In this document: positions 20,623 through 31,442 of the stretch, one piece after another | Numbering within the stretch: the stretch's first letter is position 1 | Layout: each line of letters begins with the position of its first letter | Notes under the pieces: model-generated | What the model was told of the DNA's origin: nothing | Database searches by the model: none | The model's input: only the letters and a program-made list of their open reading frames with translations | Translations under genes and position numbers: made by a program | DNA from: Gammaproteobacteria bacterium | GTDB taxonomy: Bacteria; Pseudomonadota; Gammaproteobacteria; UBA4575 | Assembly (NCBI GenBank): GCA_965221955.1 | Contig: CBDCTA010000029.1 | Coordinates: forward strand, 64,001 to 128,000 | DNA: 64,000 nucleotides | Reading direction: 5' to 3'

Positions 20623-21513
20623 TTATGTGTAACGAGTAAGAACGTATGCGAGTGCTAAAGGTAAAGTAATCATAGCGAATAAATTACCTAGTAACACGAT
20701 CGATGCAACTGACTTGGGTTGCTGATTAAATCTTTCTGCAAATAAAAAATTCATTACTGCAGGAGGAAGTGCGCCAAATAATAATAAAGAACCTGCTTGT
20801 ATCGCACTAAATTCAAATAACATTACTAAAAAGAAGGCAATTGCAAAACCGATTAGAGGAGTCAGCACAGCAAATAACAATCCCATTTTCCATTCTTGAA
20901 AATCGACACTAGCGATGCGCACACCTAAAGAAAATAACATCAGGGGAATAGCAATTTGGCCTAACATAGTAATGGGTAACATTACATTGCTAGGTATGAT
21001 GATGGGTGAAACATTGAAGATTAGAGCAAATGCCGCTGCCCAGAGCACGGCTTGGCGCAACAATATTTTAATGCCTTGTCCTGCACTCAATATATATGTG
21101 CCTAATCCATAATGTGTGATGTTGCCGACTAAAAATAGCACCAAGCCTGTAACTAAACCGGGTTTACCAAAAGCCAAGCTCATAATCGGCAAGCCAACAT
21201 TGCCTGCGTTATGAAACATCAGCGGTGGTGCGATGGTACGAAAGGCATAATGAGTCGTTTTTGAAATAATAAATGCCAGTATCCCTGCTCCCAAAACGAT
21301 CGCTAAACCTGCCAGTGCTAGAGAGACATGAGGCGCTAAATCAAAAGCTTTATCACTCAAGGAGGAAAACACTAATGCGGGAACAAACACATCTAGATTC
21401 AAACGATTGGCGGTATCCATATTCAAATTTGAAATACGGCCCATTACTGTACCGACTGCCACTATCGCTACAATGGGAAACATGATGCTGAGAATTTGAA
21501 TGACGAGTGTCAT
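20623..21513 (-). CDS. AEC (auxin efflux carrier) family transporter
   Basis: Multi-TM; VFVPALVF, NAGNVGLP, AIPLMLFSLG, LPPAVMNF. Confidence 0.85.
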   Translation of the reverse strand: MTLVIQILSIMFPIVAIVAVGTVMGRISNLNMDTANRLNLDVFVPALVFSSLSDKAFDLAPHVSLALAGLAIVLGAGILAFIISKTTHYAFRTIAPPLMFHNAGNVGLPIMSLAFGKPGLVTGLVLFLVGNITHYGLGTYILSAGQGIKILLRQAVLWAAAFALIFNVSPIIIPSNVMLPITMLGQIAIPLMLFSLGVRIASVDFQEWKMGLLFAVLTPLIGFAIAFFLVMLFEFSAIQAGSLLLFGALPPAVMNFLFAERFNQQPKSVASIVLLGNLFAMITLPLALAYVLTRYT

Positions 21514-21540
21514 ATTGATTTAGGTTTTAGGTGCTTTAAA

Positions 21541-21662
21541 TAATCGTAGATTTTGGTTTTAGATGAGGCGCAGTTCTTTCGAGAAGCAGAATTTACATGA
21601 AAATAAATAAGCATCGCAGAAAGCACTGCAACGAAATATCAAACCAAAAGATACATTAATAA
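21541..21662. repeat. Imperfect long palindromic intergenic element (MITE-like)
   Basis: Nested arms TTTTGGTTT/AAACCAAAA, GCAGTTCTTTC/GAAAGCACTGC, ATTTAC/TAAAT between purH and the AEC gene. Confidence 0.5.
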
Positions 21663-21669
21663 AAAGTGC

Positions 21670-23244
21670 CTAATGGCGGAAGTGTCGCATAGATGTTAAC
21701 ACCATGGCCATCCCATACTCATCCACTGCTTCTATCACATCTTTATCATTCATCGAGCCACCCGGCTGAATGATCGCAGTAATACCATTTTCATGTGCGG
21801 CATCAATCGCATCACGAAATGGGAAAAATGCATCAGACGCCATGACTGAACCTGCTACTTCCAAATTTTCGTCTTGCGCTTTAATAGCAGCAATGCGCGC
21901 AGAGTACACACGACTCATCTGACCTGCACCCACACCAATAGTTTGTTGTTTGCGTGCATACACAATGGCATTGGACTTAACAAATTTTACAACCTTCCAA
22001 GCAAATAATAAGTCATGAATTTCTTGCTCATTGGGTTGGCGTTTAGAAACAATTTTTAAATTGTCTTGATGGATTACGCCTAAATCACGGTCTTGCACAA
22101 GCAATCCACCCAGTACACGTTTGTAATCAAAGGCTTCAAATGTGCCATCCCAGGTGCCACACTCAAGTACACGAATATTTTTCTTCTCTGCTAAAACTTT
22201 GCGTGTGTCTTCTGGAACGGTTGGTGCAATGAGTACTTCAACAAACTGCCGATCAATAATCGTTTTTGCTGTATCTGCATCTAGCGTTTGATTAAAAGCG
22301 ATGATACCTCCAAAGGCTGAAGTTGGATCGGTTTGGTAAGCTAATTCATAGGCTTGTAAAATATTATCTGCAACAGCTACACCACAAGGGTTAGCATGTT
22401 TTACAATTACACATGCCGACTCAGAAAATTGTCGCACGCATTCTAATGCGGCATCTGTATCCGCAACATTATTATAAGACAGTTCTTTTCCTTGAATGAC
22501 TTTAGAGCCTGCAACACTTGGTTCTAAAACACCCTCTTCTATATAAAATGCACCACGTTGATGTGGGTTTTCGCCATAACGCAATACTAAGGATTGTTGA
22601 AACTGTAAATTTAATGTGCGTGGGAAAGTGGCATCGCTATCGGGTAGCTTAGTGCCTAAGTAATTCGCAATCATGCCGTCATATTGTGAAGTATGCTCAA
22701 AGGTTTTTACTGCAAGATCAAAACGCAGTTCTTCATCCAGTGCACAATTATTGTTGTTTAGCTTGTCGAGTATAGTTGCATAATCGCTGGGATTGACTAC
22801 CACAGCAACATAGCGATGATTTTTCGCCGCCGCACGCAGCATCGTTGGTCCACCAATATCGATGTTCTCTATTGCATTTTCTAATGTGCAATCTGGTTTA
22901 GCCACGGTCGCAGCGAATGGGTATAGGTTAATCACGACTAAATCGATAGGCGCAATTCCGTGTTCTTGCATTACCTCGTCGTCAGTACCACGACGTCCTA
23001 AAATACCGCCATGTATTTTTGGATGTAGTGTTTTAACACGTCCATCCATCATTTCTGGGAAACCGGTGTAGTCTGAAACCTCTGTAACGTCTAAACCATT
23101 TTCACTTAATAGCTTGGCAGTACCACCTGTAGAGAGTAACTCGATATTGAGTTTGCTGAGTTCACGTACAAATTCAACGACTCCGGTCTTATCGGAGACG
23201 CTGATTAAGGCACGACGAATAATTTGTGGCTCGGATTTAGCCAA
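21670..23244 (-). CDS. purH: Bifunctional AICAR transformylase/IMP cyclohydrolase
   Basis: [40 protein letters not shown]. Confidence 0.98.
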   Translation of the reverse strand: MAKSEPQIIRRALISVSDKTGVVEFVRELSKLNIELLSTGGTAKLLSENGLDVTEVSDYTGFPEMMDGRVKTLHPKIHGGILGRRGTDDEVMQEHGIAPIDLVVINLYPFAATVAKPDCTLENAIENIDIGGPTMLRAAAKNHRYVAVVVNPSDYATILDKLNNNNCALDEELRFDLAVKTFEHTSQYDGMIANYLGTKLPDSDATFPRTLNLQFQQSLVLRYGENPHQRGAFYIEEGVLEPSVAGSKVIQGKELSYNNVADTDAALECVRQFSESACVIVKHANPCGVAVADNILQAYELAYQTDPTSAFGGIIAFNQTLDADTAKTIIDRQFVEVLIAPTVPEDTRKVLAEKKNIRVLECGTWDGTFEAFDYKRVLGGLLVQDRDLGVIHQDNLKIVSKRQPNEQEIHDLLFAWKVVKFVKSNAIVYARKQQTIGVGAGQMSRVYSARIAAIKAQDENLEVAGSVMASDAFFPFRDAIDAAHENGITAIIQPGGSMNDKDVIEAVDEYGMAMVLTSMRHFRH

Positions 23245-23298
23245 CTACTGAACCACCAATGATGTTGTTAGGAAAGCGCTTGAGATTCGCTTTAAGTA

Positions 23299-23580
23299 TT
23301 AGTTTAGGCCGTAGATTTTTAGTTTTTTACGCAATGTGCCGCGGTTAAGACCTAAGCATCTAGCCGCTTTGGTTTGATTGCCATTGCAATATTGCATTAC
23401 AGACTCGAGAAGAGGGCGTTCTACTTCTTCGATGAACATTTTGTACAGCTCTTCAGGTTCATGTCCACTTAATGAGTTTAAGTAAAGTCTTAAAGAGTTT
23501 TTAACATTATCACGCAAAGGTTGTTTGCGACGCTCTTGATGTAAGTTTGTTACTTGTGCTGTAGAAAATGATGCATTCAT
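23299..23580 (-). CDS. fis: DNA-binding protein Fis
   Basis: GNQTKAARCLGLNRGTLRKKLK; downstream of dusB. Confidence 0.93.
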   Translation of the reverse strand: MNASFSTAQVTNLHQERRKQPLRDNVKNSLRLYLNSLSGHEPEELYKMFIEEVERPLLESVMQYCNGNQTKAARCLGLNRGTLRKKLKIYGLN

Positions 23581-24602
23581 GCGGCTAACTCCGTTATGTT
23601 TGTACGCTGATATCTAAAGAATTCTTTCAAATATTTTTGTTGCTGTTGCGGACAATCCGTTTTTAACAACAAGTCTTTAAATATCGCATAGCCTTTATAA
23701 TTTTTTAAGTACCAAGTGATATGTTTTCGAGCAACACGTACACCCACTTTATTTCCATAATGCGAATATAACCCATGGGTATGAGTTATTACTACGCTTT
23801 CGATTTCTTCCAATGAGGGTGTGGGCAGCGTCTTTTTATTTTTTAGCAGGTAATTAACTTGTTTAAATATCCAAGGATTACCTTGCGCTGCTCTTCCTAT
23901 CATAATCGCATTTGCTCCAGTAAAAGCCAAGACCTTTTTTGCAGTTTGTGGAGAATTAATATCACCATTTGCAATTACAGGAATTGCCACCATATTTTTT
24001 ACAGATTTTATTGTTTCGTATTCTGCATTTCCTTTATACATGCATTGACGTGTGCGTCCATGTATGGCAAGCGATTGCACACCTGTGGATTCAGCAATTT
24101 TTGCAATGTTTATTGCATTTCTATTTTGTGGATCTATTCCGGTACGCATCTTTAGCGTAACTGGTGCATGCACTGCATTAACTACTGCTTCTAAGATGCG
24201 TGCTACATTTTTTTCATCTGCTAATAATGCGGAACCTGCATGACTACGACAAACTCTTTTCGCTGGACATCCCATATTGATATCAACAATTTGTGCGCCT
24301 TTATCTACACAAAGTTTTGCTGCGGTGGCCATCATTGCAGGTTTCGTTCCTGAAATTTGCACGATTCGCGGTTCAGGATCTGTAGGTTTGATAATACGTT
24401 GTGAGCTTTTATTACTTTTCCAATGTGCAATGTCTGAAGTAAGCATTTCAGAAACGGTTGCAGAGGCACCCGTTTGCATGCATATGGCACGATAAACACT
24501 ATCTGTAATCCCTGCCATAGGCGCCAAAAGTGTATGGCCCGACAATGTATAGGGGCCAATTTTTAAAGGCTTCAGTGCTGGGTTAAAGGAATTCGAATTC
24601 AT
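23577..24602 (-). CDS. dusB: tRNA-dihydrouridine synthase B (start uncertain)
   Basis: LAPMAGITD, DINMGCPAK, IHGRTR, ANGDI, MIGRAAQGNPW. Confidence 0.95.
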   Translation of the reverse strand: MNSNSFNPALKPLKIGPYTLSGHTLLAPMAGITDSVYRAICMQTGASATVSEMLTSDIAHWKSNKSSQRIIKPTDPEPRIVQISGTKPAMMATAAKLCVDKGAQIVDINMGCPAKRVCRSHAGSALLADEKNVARILEAVVNAVHAPVTLKMRTGIDPQNRNAINIAKIAESTGVQSLAIHGRTRQCMYKGNAEYETIKSVKNMVAIPVIANGDINSPQTAKKVLAFTGANAIMIGRAAQGNPWIFKQVNYLLKNKKTLPTPSLEEIESVVITHTHGLYSHYGNKVGVRVARKHITWYLKNYKGYAIFKDLLLKTDCPQQQQKYLKEFFRYQRTNITELAA

Positions 24603-25380
24603 ATGCGATCACAATATTGCCAGGGTCCAATACTTCTAAACGTGCGCCTACCGGTTGATTGGGGGACATAAGTGTATCCGCAAGTGATTTATTCACAAGA
24701 TAGTCTTTTGGGCTAAAACGACGGATGGCAACAATTTGTCCTTGAGTATTCAATAAGGAGATTTGTAACCAAGGGTAAAGTTGCGCGGATTGAGATTGAT
24801 TTACAATCGATGCAGTGATCATGAGTGCATTTTTTGCATTTGGATGTGTGTAAACATTGCGATTCAAAATTTTTATCGCAGTTAAGTCACGTTTATTATG
24901 ATCACCACAAGCAAAAGGTTTGCAAAAACTATTTATCCAAGTGCGTGGTAATACGTCAACGTTTTGCCAATAACTAATTTGCCCAAGAAAAAATATGGCT
25001 AAAGCAATCGCGCCTATGGTGAAAACAACAATTTGAATAGGGCTATTGGTTTTAGTAAGAACGTTGCCGCCAAAGTCATCACGAATCACCGTAGGGACGA
25101 CATCTGCATCGATCAATTCGTCTTCATCACTTTGTTCTATAACTTCTTCAGCTTCTTCCCAATCCTGATGGTCAAAACTTTGATCAGAATCCGATTCAAA
25201 TGATTCTTCAAGATGTTGATACTCTTCGACTTGTGCTTCTGGGTTATGGTCTTCATCGATATGCTCTCGGCCATTGAACACCGTATCGCAAATTCCACAG
25301 CGCACTAAACCATCTGCAATATTGAGTTGCTCTGTGGTAACGCGAAAGATGGCGTTGCATTCGGGGCATTTAGTGAACAT
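24583..25380 (-). CDS. Zinc-ribbon and DUF3426 domain membrane protein
   Basis: CPEC...VRCGIC zinc ribbon, acidic linker, TM, C-terminal beta domain; usual position between prmA and dusB. Confidence 0.85.
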   Translation of the reverse strand: MFTKCPECNAIFRVTTEQLNIADGLVRCGICDTVFNGREHIDEDHNPEAQVEEYQHLEESFESDSDQSFDHQDWEEAEEVIEQSDEDELIDADVVPTVIRDDFGGNVLTKTNSPIQIVVFTIGAIALAIFFLGQISYWQNVDVLPRTWINSFCKPFACGDHNKRDLTAIKILNRNVYTHPNAKNALMITASIVNQSQSAQLYPWLQISLLNTQGQIVAIRRFSPKDYLVNKSLADTLMSPNQPVGARLEVLDPGNIVIAYEFEFL

Positions 25381-25403
25381 AGAACTAAAAACTCTGACTC
25401 AAG

Positions 25404-26273
25404 TTAAGTCAACGAGGCTTCAACCAATAACCATTCATTTTTCGAGTACACTGCATCAAACTTAAAGTGGGTTTGGTATGCAGTTTCTAGCTGTGTAAGC
25501 TGTTGTTCTAGTATACCGGATAAAATTAATTTGCTTGAAGGTGAGAGGCTTTCTGCAAAATATGAGCTTAGCTCAATTAATGGTTGCAGTAACACGTTTG
25601 CAATAACGATTTCGCAGCTTTCTTGTATTGGTGTACTCGCCAAATCAATTTGTAAGATGGTTTCATCTACTTGGTTGTTTTTAGCATTCAATTGTGTAGC
25701 TTGGATCGCTTGTGGGTCATGATCGATGGCATAGATTTTTTCTGCACCTAAGAAATATGCAGCAATCGCCAAAATGCCTGAGCCACAACCAAAATCCATT
25801 ACTGTTTTACCTGACAGTGAATGACTGCTCAGCCATTCTAAGCATAAAGAAGTGGTAGCGTGACTGCCGGTGCCAAAAGCGAGTCCAGGATCCAATCTAA
25901 TATTGATGGCAAAAGGGTCGGGATACGTCGCCCAAGTAGGACAAACCCATAGACGCTCTCCAAACTGTAGCGGCTGAAAATTTTGCATAGATTTTTTTTG
26001 CCAATCTTGTTCTTGTATCTCTCGCTTATGTATTTCTATCGATGCGCTAAGGATCTGTTCAAGGCGTTGTTGCAAATCACGGATATCCAGATCCTGAGTA
26101 AAAAGAGCGGTGAGGGTGATGTATTGCCAAAGTGGGGTGCTTCCCACTTCTTCTACAAACACAGGATGATTTTCTGCATCTTCAAGACTGATGGAGGTCG
26201 CGCCTAAATCTTCAAGCAAGATTTCAGTGGCCAGAAATTGTGAGCGATTCAGGCGTACACTAATTTCGAACAC
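25404..26273 (-). CDS. prmA: Ribosomal protein L11 methyltransferase
   Basis: LDPGLAFGTGSHATT, DFGCGSGIL, LILSGIL. Confidence 0.96.
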   Translation of the reverse strand: MFEISVRLNRSQFLATEILLEDLGATSISLEDAENHPVFVEEVGSTPLWQYITLTALFTQDLDIRDLQQRLEQILSASIEIHKREIQEQDWQKKSMQNFQPLQFGERLWVCPTWATYPDPFAINIRLDPGLAFGTGSHATTSLCLEWLSSHSLSGKTVMDFGCGSGILAIAAYFLGAEKIYAIDHDPQAIQATQLNAKNNQVDETILQIDLASTPIQESCEIVIANVLLQPLIELSSYFAESLSPSSKLILSGILEQQLTQLETAYQTHFKFDAVYSKNEWLLVEASLT

Positions 26274-26307
26274 GATGTAGAGTGTTTTAAAAACTTAAGA
26301 ACAAAGC

Positions 26308-27648
26308 TTAGGAGGAAAGTTTAGTTTCGAGATAGTGGATATTATGTTTTGCGGCTACGAATGTTTCATCTACCATTAAATCTTGTAGTAGAGGAATATT
26401 GGTGGTAATACCATCTATGACGATTTCATGCAAAGCACCACGCATGCGCGTCAATGCGCCTTCGCGACTATGACCTACGGCAAGTAGCTTGCCAATCATA
26501 GAGTCATAGTAAGGGGGTACGTTATAGCCATTGTATAAATGCGTATCTACACGAATACCAGGGCCACCGGGACAATGAAAATGGCTGACCTTTCCAGGGC
26601 AAGGAATAAATTTATAAGGGTCTTCAGCATTGATACGACATTCGATAGCATGCCCACGAATCTTGATATCGTCTTGTGTGAAAGTCAGTTCCTCACCGGC
26701 AGCGATAAGCAGCTGTTGTTTCACAATATCAATACCTGTAATCATTTCGGTTACCGGATGCTCTACTTGCACACGGGTATTCATTTCAATGAAGTAGAAT
26801 TCCCCATTGGCGTATAAAAATTCAAACGTTCCTGCGCCTCGATAATTTATTTGACGACAAGCTTCGGTAATTCTTGCGCCAATTTTCTCGCGTTGTTCTG
26901 CAGTAATGCCGAATGCAGGTGCCTCTTCAATCACTTTTTGGTTACGACGTTGCATGGAGCAGTCGCGCTCACATAAATGAATCGCATTGCCATGTGTATC
27001 CGCCAAAACTTGAAACTCTACATGACGCGGCTTTTCTAGAAACTTTTCCATAAACAAGCGATCGTCATTAAACGCAGCACCTGCTTCACTGCGGGTGAGA
27101 GAAATTGCTTCGGGTAGTTCATCTTCTCGATGTACGACACGCATGCCACGTCCACCGCCGCCACCGGCAGCTTTAACCATTACCGGATAGCCAATTTCTT
27201 GTGCAATTTCTTTGGCACGATTCATATCATCGCTAATGGGTTCAATAGTGCCTGGGACGCAAGGTACACCAGCCTTTTCCATTGCTGCCTTGGCTGCAAT
27301 TTTATCGCCCATCATACGAATCGTTTCAGATTTTGGGCCTATAAAAACAAAACCACTGGACTCTACAACTTCAGCAAACTCTGCATTTTCAGACAGAAAC
27401 CCATAGCCAGGGTGAATTCCAGTAGCATCCGTTACTTCAGCTGCACTAATAATTGCAGGAATGTTTAAGTAGCTATCAAGAGAAGATGCAGGGCCAATAC
27501 AAACCGATTCATCTGCCATGCCCACATGCATTAAGTCGCGGTCGGCTTCTGAATGTACAGCTACTGTTTTGATTCCCATGTCGCGGCAAGCACGCAGAAT
27601 ACGTAATGCAATTTCACCACGGTTGGCTATTACAACTTTTTCGAGCAT
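26308..27648 (-). CDS. accC: Acetyl-CoA carboxylase, biotin carboxylase subunit
   Basis: [37 protein letters not shown]. Confidence 0.97.
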   Translation of the reverse strand: MLEKVVIANRGEIALRILRACRDMGIKTVAVHSEADRDLMHVGMADESVCIGPASSLDSYLNIPAIISAAEVTDATGIHPGYGFLSENAEFAEVVESSGFVFIGPKSETIRMMGDKIAAKAAMEKAGVPCVPGTIEPISDDMNRAKEIAQEIGYPVMVKAAGGGGGRGMRVVHREDELPEAISLTRSEAGAAFNDDRLFMEKFLEKPRHVEFQVLADTHGNAIHLCERDCSMQRRNQKVIEEAPAFGITAEQREKIGARITEACRQINYRGAGTFEFLYANGEFYFIEMNTRVQVEHPVTEMITGIDIVKQQLLIAAGEELTFTQDDIKIRGHAIECRINAEDPYKFIPCPGKVSHFHCPGGPGIRVDTHLYNGYNVPPYYDSMIGKLLAVGHSREGALTRMRGALHEIVIDGITTNIPLLQDLMVDETFVAAKHNIHYLETKLSS

Positions 27649-27672
27649 AAGAAATTTTTTTAACTATTATTT

Positions 27673-28131
27673 TTATTCGATGATGAAGAGTGACTGCCCA
27701 AATTCTACAGGCTGAGCATTTTCTACTAACTTAGCTTTAATCACGCCTGCTTTATCGGCTTCAATTTGATTAAGCATTTTCATTGCTTCGATAATACACA
27801 GTGTGTCACCAACATTTACAGATTGGCCTACTTCAACAAATGCCGCTTGGCCAGGTGCTGGTGATTCATAGAATGTGCCCACCATAGGTGAGTCTACGCT
27901 ATGCCCGCTAGGCACATCAGGAGCCGCTTCTTGGCTTGCAGGTGTTTCCACAGCAGCAGTTGGTGCAACGGGGGCAGCAGCCACTGGTGGTGGTAACATA
28001 ACCTGACTCTGAGCCGAGCTTGTTACACCGCGACTGATACGAACTGATTCTTCGCCTTCTTTAATTTCTATTTCGGCGATACCTGATTCTTCAAGTAACT
28101 CGATGAGTTTTTTAACTTTACGTATGTCCAT
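27673..28131 (-). CDS. accB: Biotin carboxyl carrier protein
   Basis: [25 protein letters not shown]. Confidence 0.97.
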   Translation of the reverse strand: MDIRKVKKLIELLEESGIAEIEIKEGEESVRISRGVTSSAQSQVMLPPPVAAAPVAPTAAVETPASQEAAPDVPSGHSVDSPMVGTFYESPAPGQAAFVEVGQSVNVGDTLCIIEAMKMLNQIEADKAGVIKAKLVENAQPVEFGQSLFIIE

Positions 28132-28195
28132 GATTATCTCTTGTTATAGTTTAAGACTTATAATTTGAGGTTTAATACATCATTCAAGTAAAAAT

Positions 28196-28636
28196 TTATT
28201 TTGTTAACTTATCGTGTGCAGCTTCAACCGCGAGTTCATAACCTTTAGCACCCATACCTGAAATTACGCCTACCGCAATACCAGACAAAAAAGAGTGCTG
28301 TCGAAATTCTTCGCGTGCAAATACATTTGACAAATGTAATTCAATGAATGGAATGTTCACGCCTAACAATGCGTCACGCAGTGCGATACTGGTATGGGTA
28401 AATGCGCCAGGATTAAAAATAATCATATCCACCCCATCTTCTTTAGCTTGATGAATGCGATTGACTAATTCGTGTTCGGCATTACTTTGAAAATCTTCAA
28501 AGGTGTGTCCAAAAGACTTTGCTTTGGTTTGAGCACGTTCTACAACATCCGCTAAGGTGTCATGGCCATAGACTTCGGGCTCTCTTTGACCCAGTAAATT
28601 TAAGTTTGGCCCATTTAATAATAAGAGTTTGTGCAT
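28196..28636 (-). CDS. aroQ: Type II 3-dehydroquinate dehydratase
   Basis: [32 protein letters not shown]. Confidence 0.97.
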   Translation of the reverse strand: MHKLLLLNGPNLNLLGQREPEVYGHDTLADVVERAQTKAKSFGHTFEDFQSNAEHELVNRIHQAKEDGVDMIIFNPGAFTHTSIALRDALLGVNIPFIELHLSNVFAREEFRQHSFLSGIAVGVISGMGAKGYELAVEAAHDKLTK

Positions 28637-28805
28637 AATTTGGCGCTATCTTGATGCGAAATGCTGCTAAAATGCAAAATTATTGTCGTTATTAGGCAGT
28701 GTACACGAAATTGAATATGAATCTAGTTGATTTATCATGAAATTGTACATTTTCAGAAGTTCCTAGAAGTTATGCGTAAGTTCCTTGCAAGTTAGTGAAA
28801 TTTCT

Positions 28806-28832
28806 GAACCGCTGTCTTATTTGCGGGTCTAA
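28806..28832 (+). promoter_or_regulatory. Possible ECF (RpoE/AlgU-like) promoter for msrA
   Basis: GAACC-N17-TCTAA just upstream of msrA. Confidence 0.3.
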
Positions 28833-28852
28833 ACAGATTATAAGTCCTTGAA

Positions 28853-29581
28853 TTGATTGTGATTCCTAGATTTATGTCCATGAACCAAATAAATATGCTG
28901 CAAATAAAATTTCTACTCAAAAAATTTCGATGGACGCTGCTCACGTTGGTGTTAGTGATTGTTGTGAGTTGGTTATTTTCTGCAGATATGCGGGTTTTTG
29001 CAGAACCAAAACCAACCACTATGACTGCAGTATTTGCGGGTGGATGTTTTTGGTGTATGGAACCACCCTACGATAAATTGGATGGTGTGATCGCAACTAT
29101 TTCAGGCTACACCGGTGGTCATACGGAAAATCCTACTTATAAACAAGTGTCTACAGATTCGACCGGACATTTTGAAGCGGTAGAAATTACTTACGACTCA
29201 AACAAGATTGACTATCAAACTTTATTAAACGTTTTTTGGCACAATGTTGATCCATTAGATCAGCACGGACAATTTTGCGATAAGGGAAAAAGTTATCGCA
29301 CAGCAATTTTTTATCAGAATGAAACACAAAAACAATTGGCAAATGCGTCGTTGGCGGAACTAGTAGCGTCAAGCTATTTTGAAGTACTGATTGTTACTGA
29401 GATTTTGCCAGCAAAAACGTTTTATCCTGCAGAAGAATATCATCAGGATTACTATAAAAAAAATCCTTTACGATATAAATATTATCGCTTCGCTTGTGGT
29501 AGGGATAATAGACTTAAAGAGCTGTGGAAAGACTCGGCAGGCAAGGGAGGGTCACTGATTCCAGTAACTCTGAGTAATTAA
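28853..29581 (+). CDS. msrA: Peptide methionine sulfoxide reductase A, probably exported (true start likely downstream)
   Basis: FAGGCFWCME, GQFCDKG, FYPAEEYHQDYY, CGRD; hydrophobic N-terminal segment. Confidence 0.93.
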   Translation: MIVIPRFMSMNQINMLQIKFLLKKFRWTLLTLVLVIVVSWLFSADMRVFAEPKPTTMTAVFAGGCFWCMEPPYDKLDGVIATISGYTGGHTENPTYKQVSTDSTGHFEAVEITYDSNKIDYQTLLNVFWHNVDPLDQHGQFCDKGKSYRTAIFYQNETQKQLANASLAELVASSYFEVLIVTEILPAKTFYPAEEYHQDYYKKNPLRYKYYRFACGRDNRLKELWKDSAGKGGSLIPVTLSN

Positions 29582-29587
29582 CTTGGA

Positions 29588-30106
29588 TTAATATAGAGTA
29601 ATAACTTTATCATTCACGAAAGTATAACGAGGTTGTTTATACCAACCATAAAGTAATGCTTTGCGTGGCTCTTTATGAATTTTTTCTTTGTAAATTTTTA
29701 GTTCCCCATTCACTGGGCTCATCCAAAAATCTAAGTCATAAAGTTTTTTACGTTCACCTACAACGTGAAAATCAGTGCAGGCAAAGTAGGTGCTGCTATT
29801 AATAACACGTACTGGATCGTGAATTTTTACAAATTTAAGTTCTAGTATTTCACCGGTTTGGTTATCAAGCATGCGAAAAATTCCATTTTCATCGACGCGT
29901 TCCGCTAGGTGAATCTCCATGGCTTTTTTAATATCTTCAACATAAAATTTAGCCGGGTTTTTATCCGTACTTGCCGGTGGATCACTATGATCAATATTGT
30001 ACTGTTCGCCTATGTTTTCATCGGTTGCATGAAGGTTAAATACGAACCCTAGTAGTAACCAAGTTAGGATTGAGATGACTAAATAGTTTACTACTCGAGT
30101 TCGCAT
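29588..30106 (-). CDS. Exported hypothetical protein
   Basis: Signal-peptide-like N-terminus; FVKIHDPVR, YFACTDFH, YDLDFW segments; no family recognised. Confidence 0.7.
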   Translation of the reverse strand: MRTRVVNYLVISILTWLLLGFVFNLHATDENIGEQYNIDHSDPPASTDKNPAKFYVEDIKKAMEIHLAERVDENGIFRMLDNQTGEILELKFVKIHDPVRVINSSTYFACTDFHVVGERKKLYDLDFWMSPVNGELKIYKEKIHKEPRKALLYGWYKQPRYTFVNDKVITLY

Positions 30107-30124
30107 TCTTTTATTTCCTTGTTG

Positions 30125-30367
30125 TTATTCCTTGTTTTCAGCGGCATCACCTGCATGTTCTGCTTTTTTGCCTGCATGTTCTTTCTTTTCTTCAGCAGCT
30201 TCGCCTGCATGTTCTGCTTTTTTGCCTGCATGTTCTTTCTTTTCTTCAGCAGCTTCGCCTGCATGTTCTTTCTGCTCTTCTGCAGATTTTCCAGCGTGCT
30301 CGCCAGCGTATGCGACCATTAAAAACGCAGATAGAAACAAAGCGGTTAATAATTTAATAAATTTCAT
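30125..30367 (-). CDS. Small exported His/Glu/Lys low-complexity protein with six EHAG repeats
   Basis: Signal peptide ending AYA, AGGAG RBS upstream, co-oriented with neighbours. Confidence 0.75.
   Translation of the reverse strand: MKFIKLLTALFLSAFLMVAYAGEHAGKSAEEQKEHAGEAAEEKKEHAGKKAEHAGEAAEEKKEHAGKKAEHAGDAAENKE
30150..30269. repeat. Perfect 54-bp tandem repeat (about 2.2 copies) within the EHAG gene
   Basis: CCTGCATGTTCTGCTTTTTTGCCTGCATGTTCTTTCTTTTCTTCAGCAGCTTCG at 30150 and 30204. Confidence 0.9.
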
Positions 30368-30430
30368 ATTAGTACTCCTGGTTAGTTCATCTAAATGGTA
30401 ATAGTTGGTTCAAGGTTAGCCCAGTTTTTA

Positions 30431-31288
30431 TCAACTAGGCCCTGTTTTTTTACGTGTTATTTGGACAACACGTTCAGTAGCGAGGTTCAGGTTGCGAGAA
30501 CGGAAGGGCTCTAGCAGCCACGCGATTGGTGAAAAACATAATTCACGTGCTTCAGGCAAGCCTAAAGCATCTATCGGTTTGGTGGTTGCACCGTCTTCTT
30601 CTGGCTGAGAGTACGTACCAAACAGGCGATCCCAAATACTTAAAATAGTTGAAAAGTTAGCATCACCATAGCGTCTGTCTACCGCATGGTGAGAGGCATG
30701 AAATCTAGGTGTCACAATAATCCACGATAGCCAGCGTTCAACCCAGTTGGGGAAATCGATATTGCTGTGATGAAATTGAGCACACAAGCTAATGAGTGCT
30801 TCAAATAAAAACCAGGCCACAACAGTGGGTCCCCAAATGACAACCCAAGTGGCTTTAACAAAACCAGAGACGATTAACTCGGTTGGGTGAAAACGCAGTG
30901 CTGTAGTTACATCCATTGCGGTGTCTGAATGGTGAGCTTTATGGAAGCGCCATAAAATTGGAACACGATGGTTCGCACGGTGCCAAATGTAGTCAAAGAA
31001 ATCGAGTACTACGATGGATAAAATGATTTCTGTCCAACCATAAATTTCCAACCAACGTGAAATGCCCCAACCTTCTTCTTCTACATATACTACCCAAAGC
31101 AAAAAAGGCACGTAGATCAGAATGCGAATAATCACGGTGTTTAAGGCTGCAATACTGCCATGAAATGCAATTCGCTTAAGGCGTGAATCCTGCCATTCAC
31201 GTGTAGGAAATAATGTTTCGACAAGCAGAAATAAAAATAGTCCTCCAAGGAAGACGATGAGTTTGCCAGTGTCTAAATTGATCTCCAT
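30431..31288 (-). CDS. Sterol desaturase / fatty acid hydroxylase family protein
   Basis: YIWHRANH, WRFHKAHHSD, RFHP, HHSN, FHASHH, WDRLFGT. Confidence 0.9.
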   Translation of the reverse strand: MEINLDTGKLIVFLGGLFLFLLVETLFPTREWQDSRLKRIAFHGSIAALNTVIIRILIYVPFLLWVVYVEEEGWGISRWLEIYGWTEIILSIVVLDFFDYIWHRANHRVPILWRFHKAHHSDTAMDVTTALRFHPTELIVSGFVKATWVVIWGPTVVAWFLFEALISLCAQFHHSNIDFPNWVERWLSWIIVTPRFHASHHAVDRRYGDANFSTILSIWDRLFGTYSQPEEDGATTKPIDALGLPEARELCFSPIAWLLEPFRSRNLNLATERVVQITRKKTGPS

Positions 31289-31442
31289 GCGATAACTATA
31301 TGCTAAAAACTATGATTCAGAAATTGAATACTAGATCGCAAAACTAAACGAATAGTTTGGCCCTCTACATGAGACCGGAGAGCTTGAATTATGCTTACAA
31401 AAATTTTGACCACAATTTTACTGTGGCTAAGAAGTATACGAT

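Noticed and set aside
30119-30401. Two + strand repetitive ORFs (Cys/Phe/Ser-rich)
   Set aside because: They are antisense readings of the EHAG repeat; the - strand ORF has the RBS, signal peptide and operon orientation.
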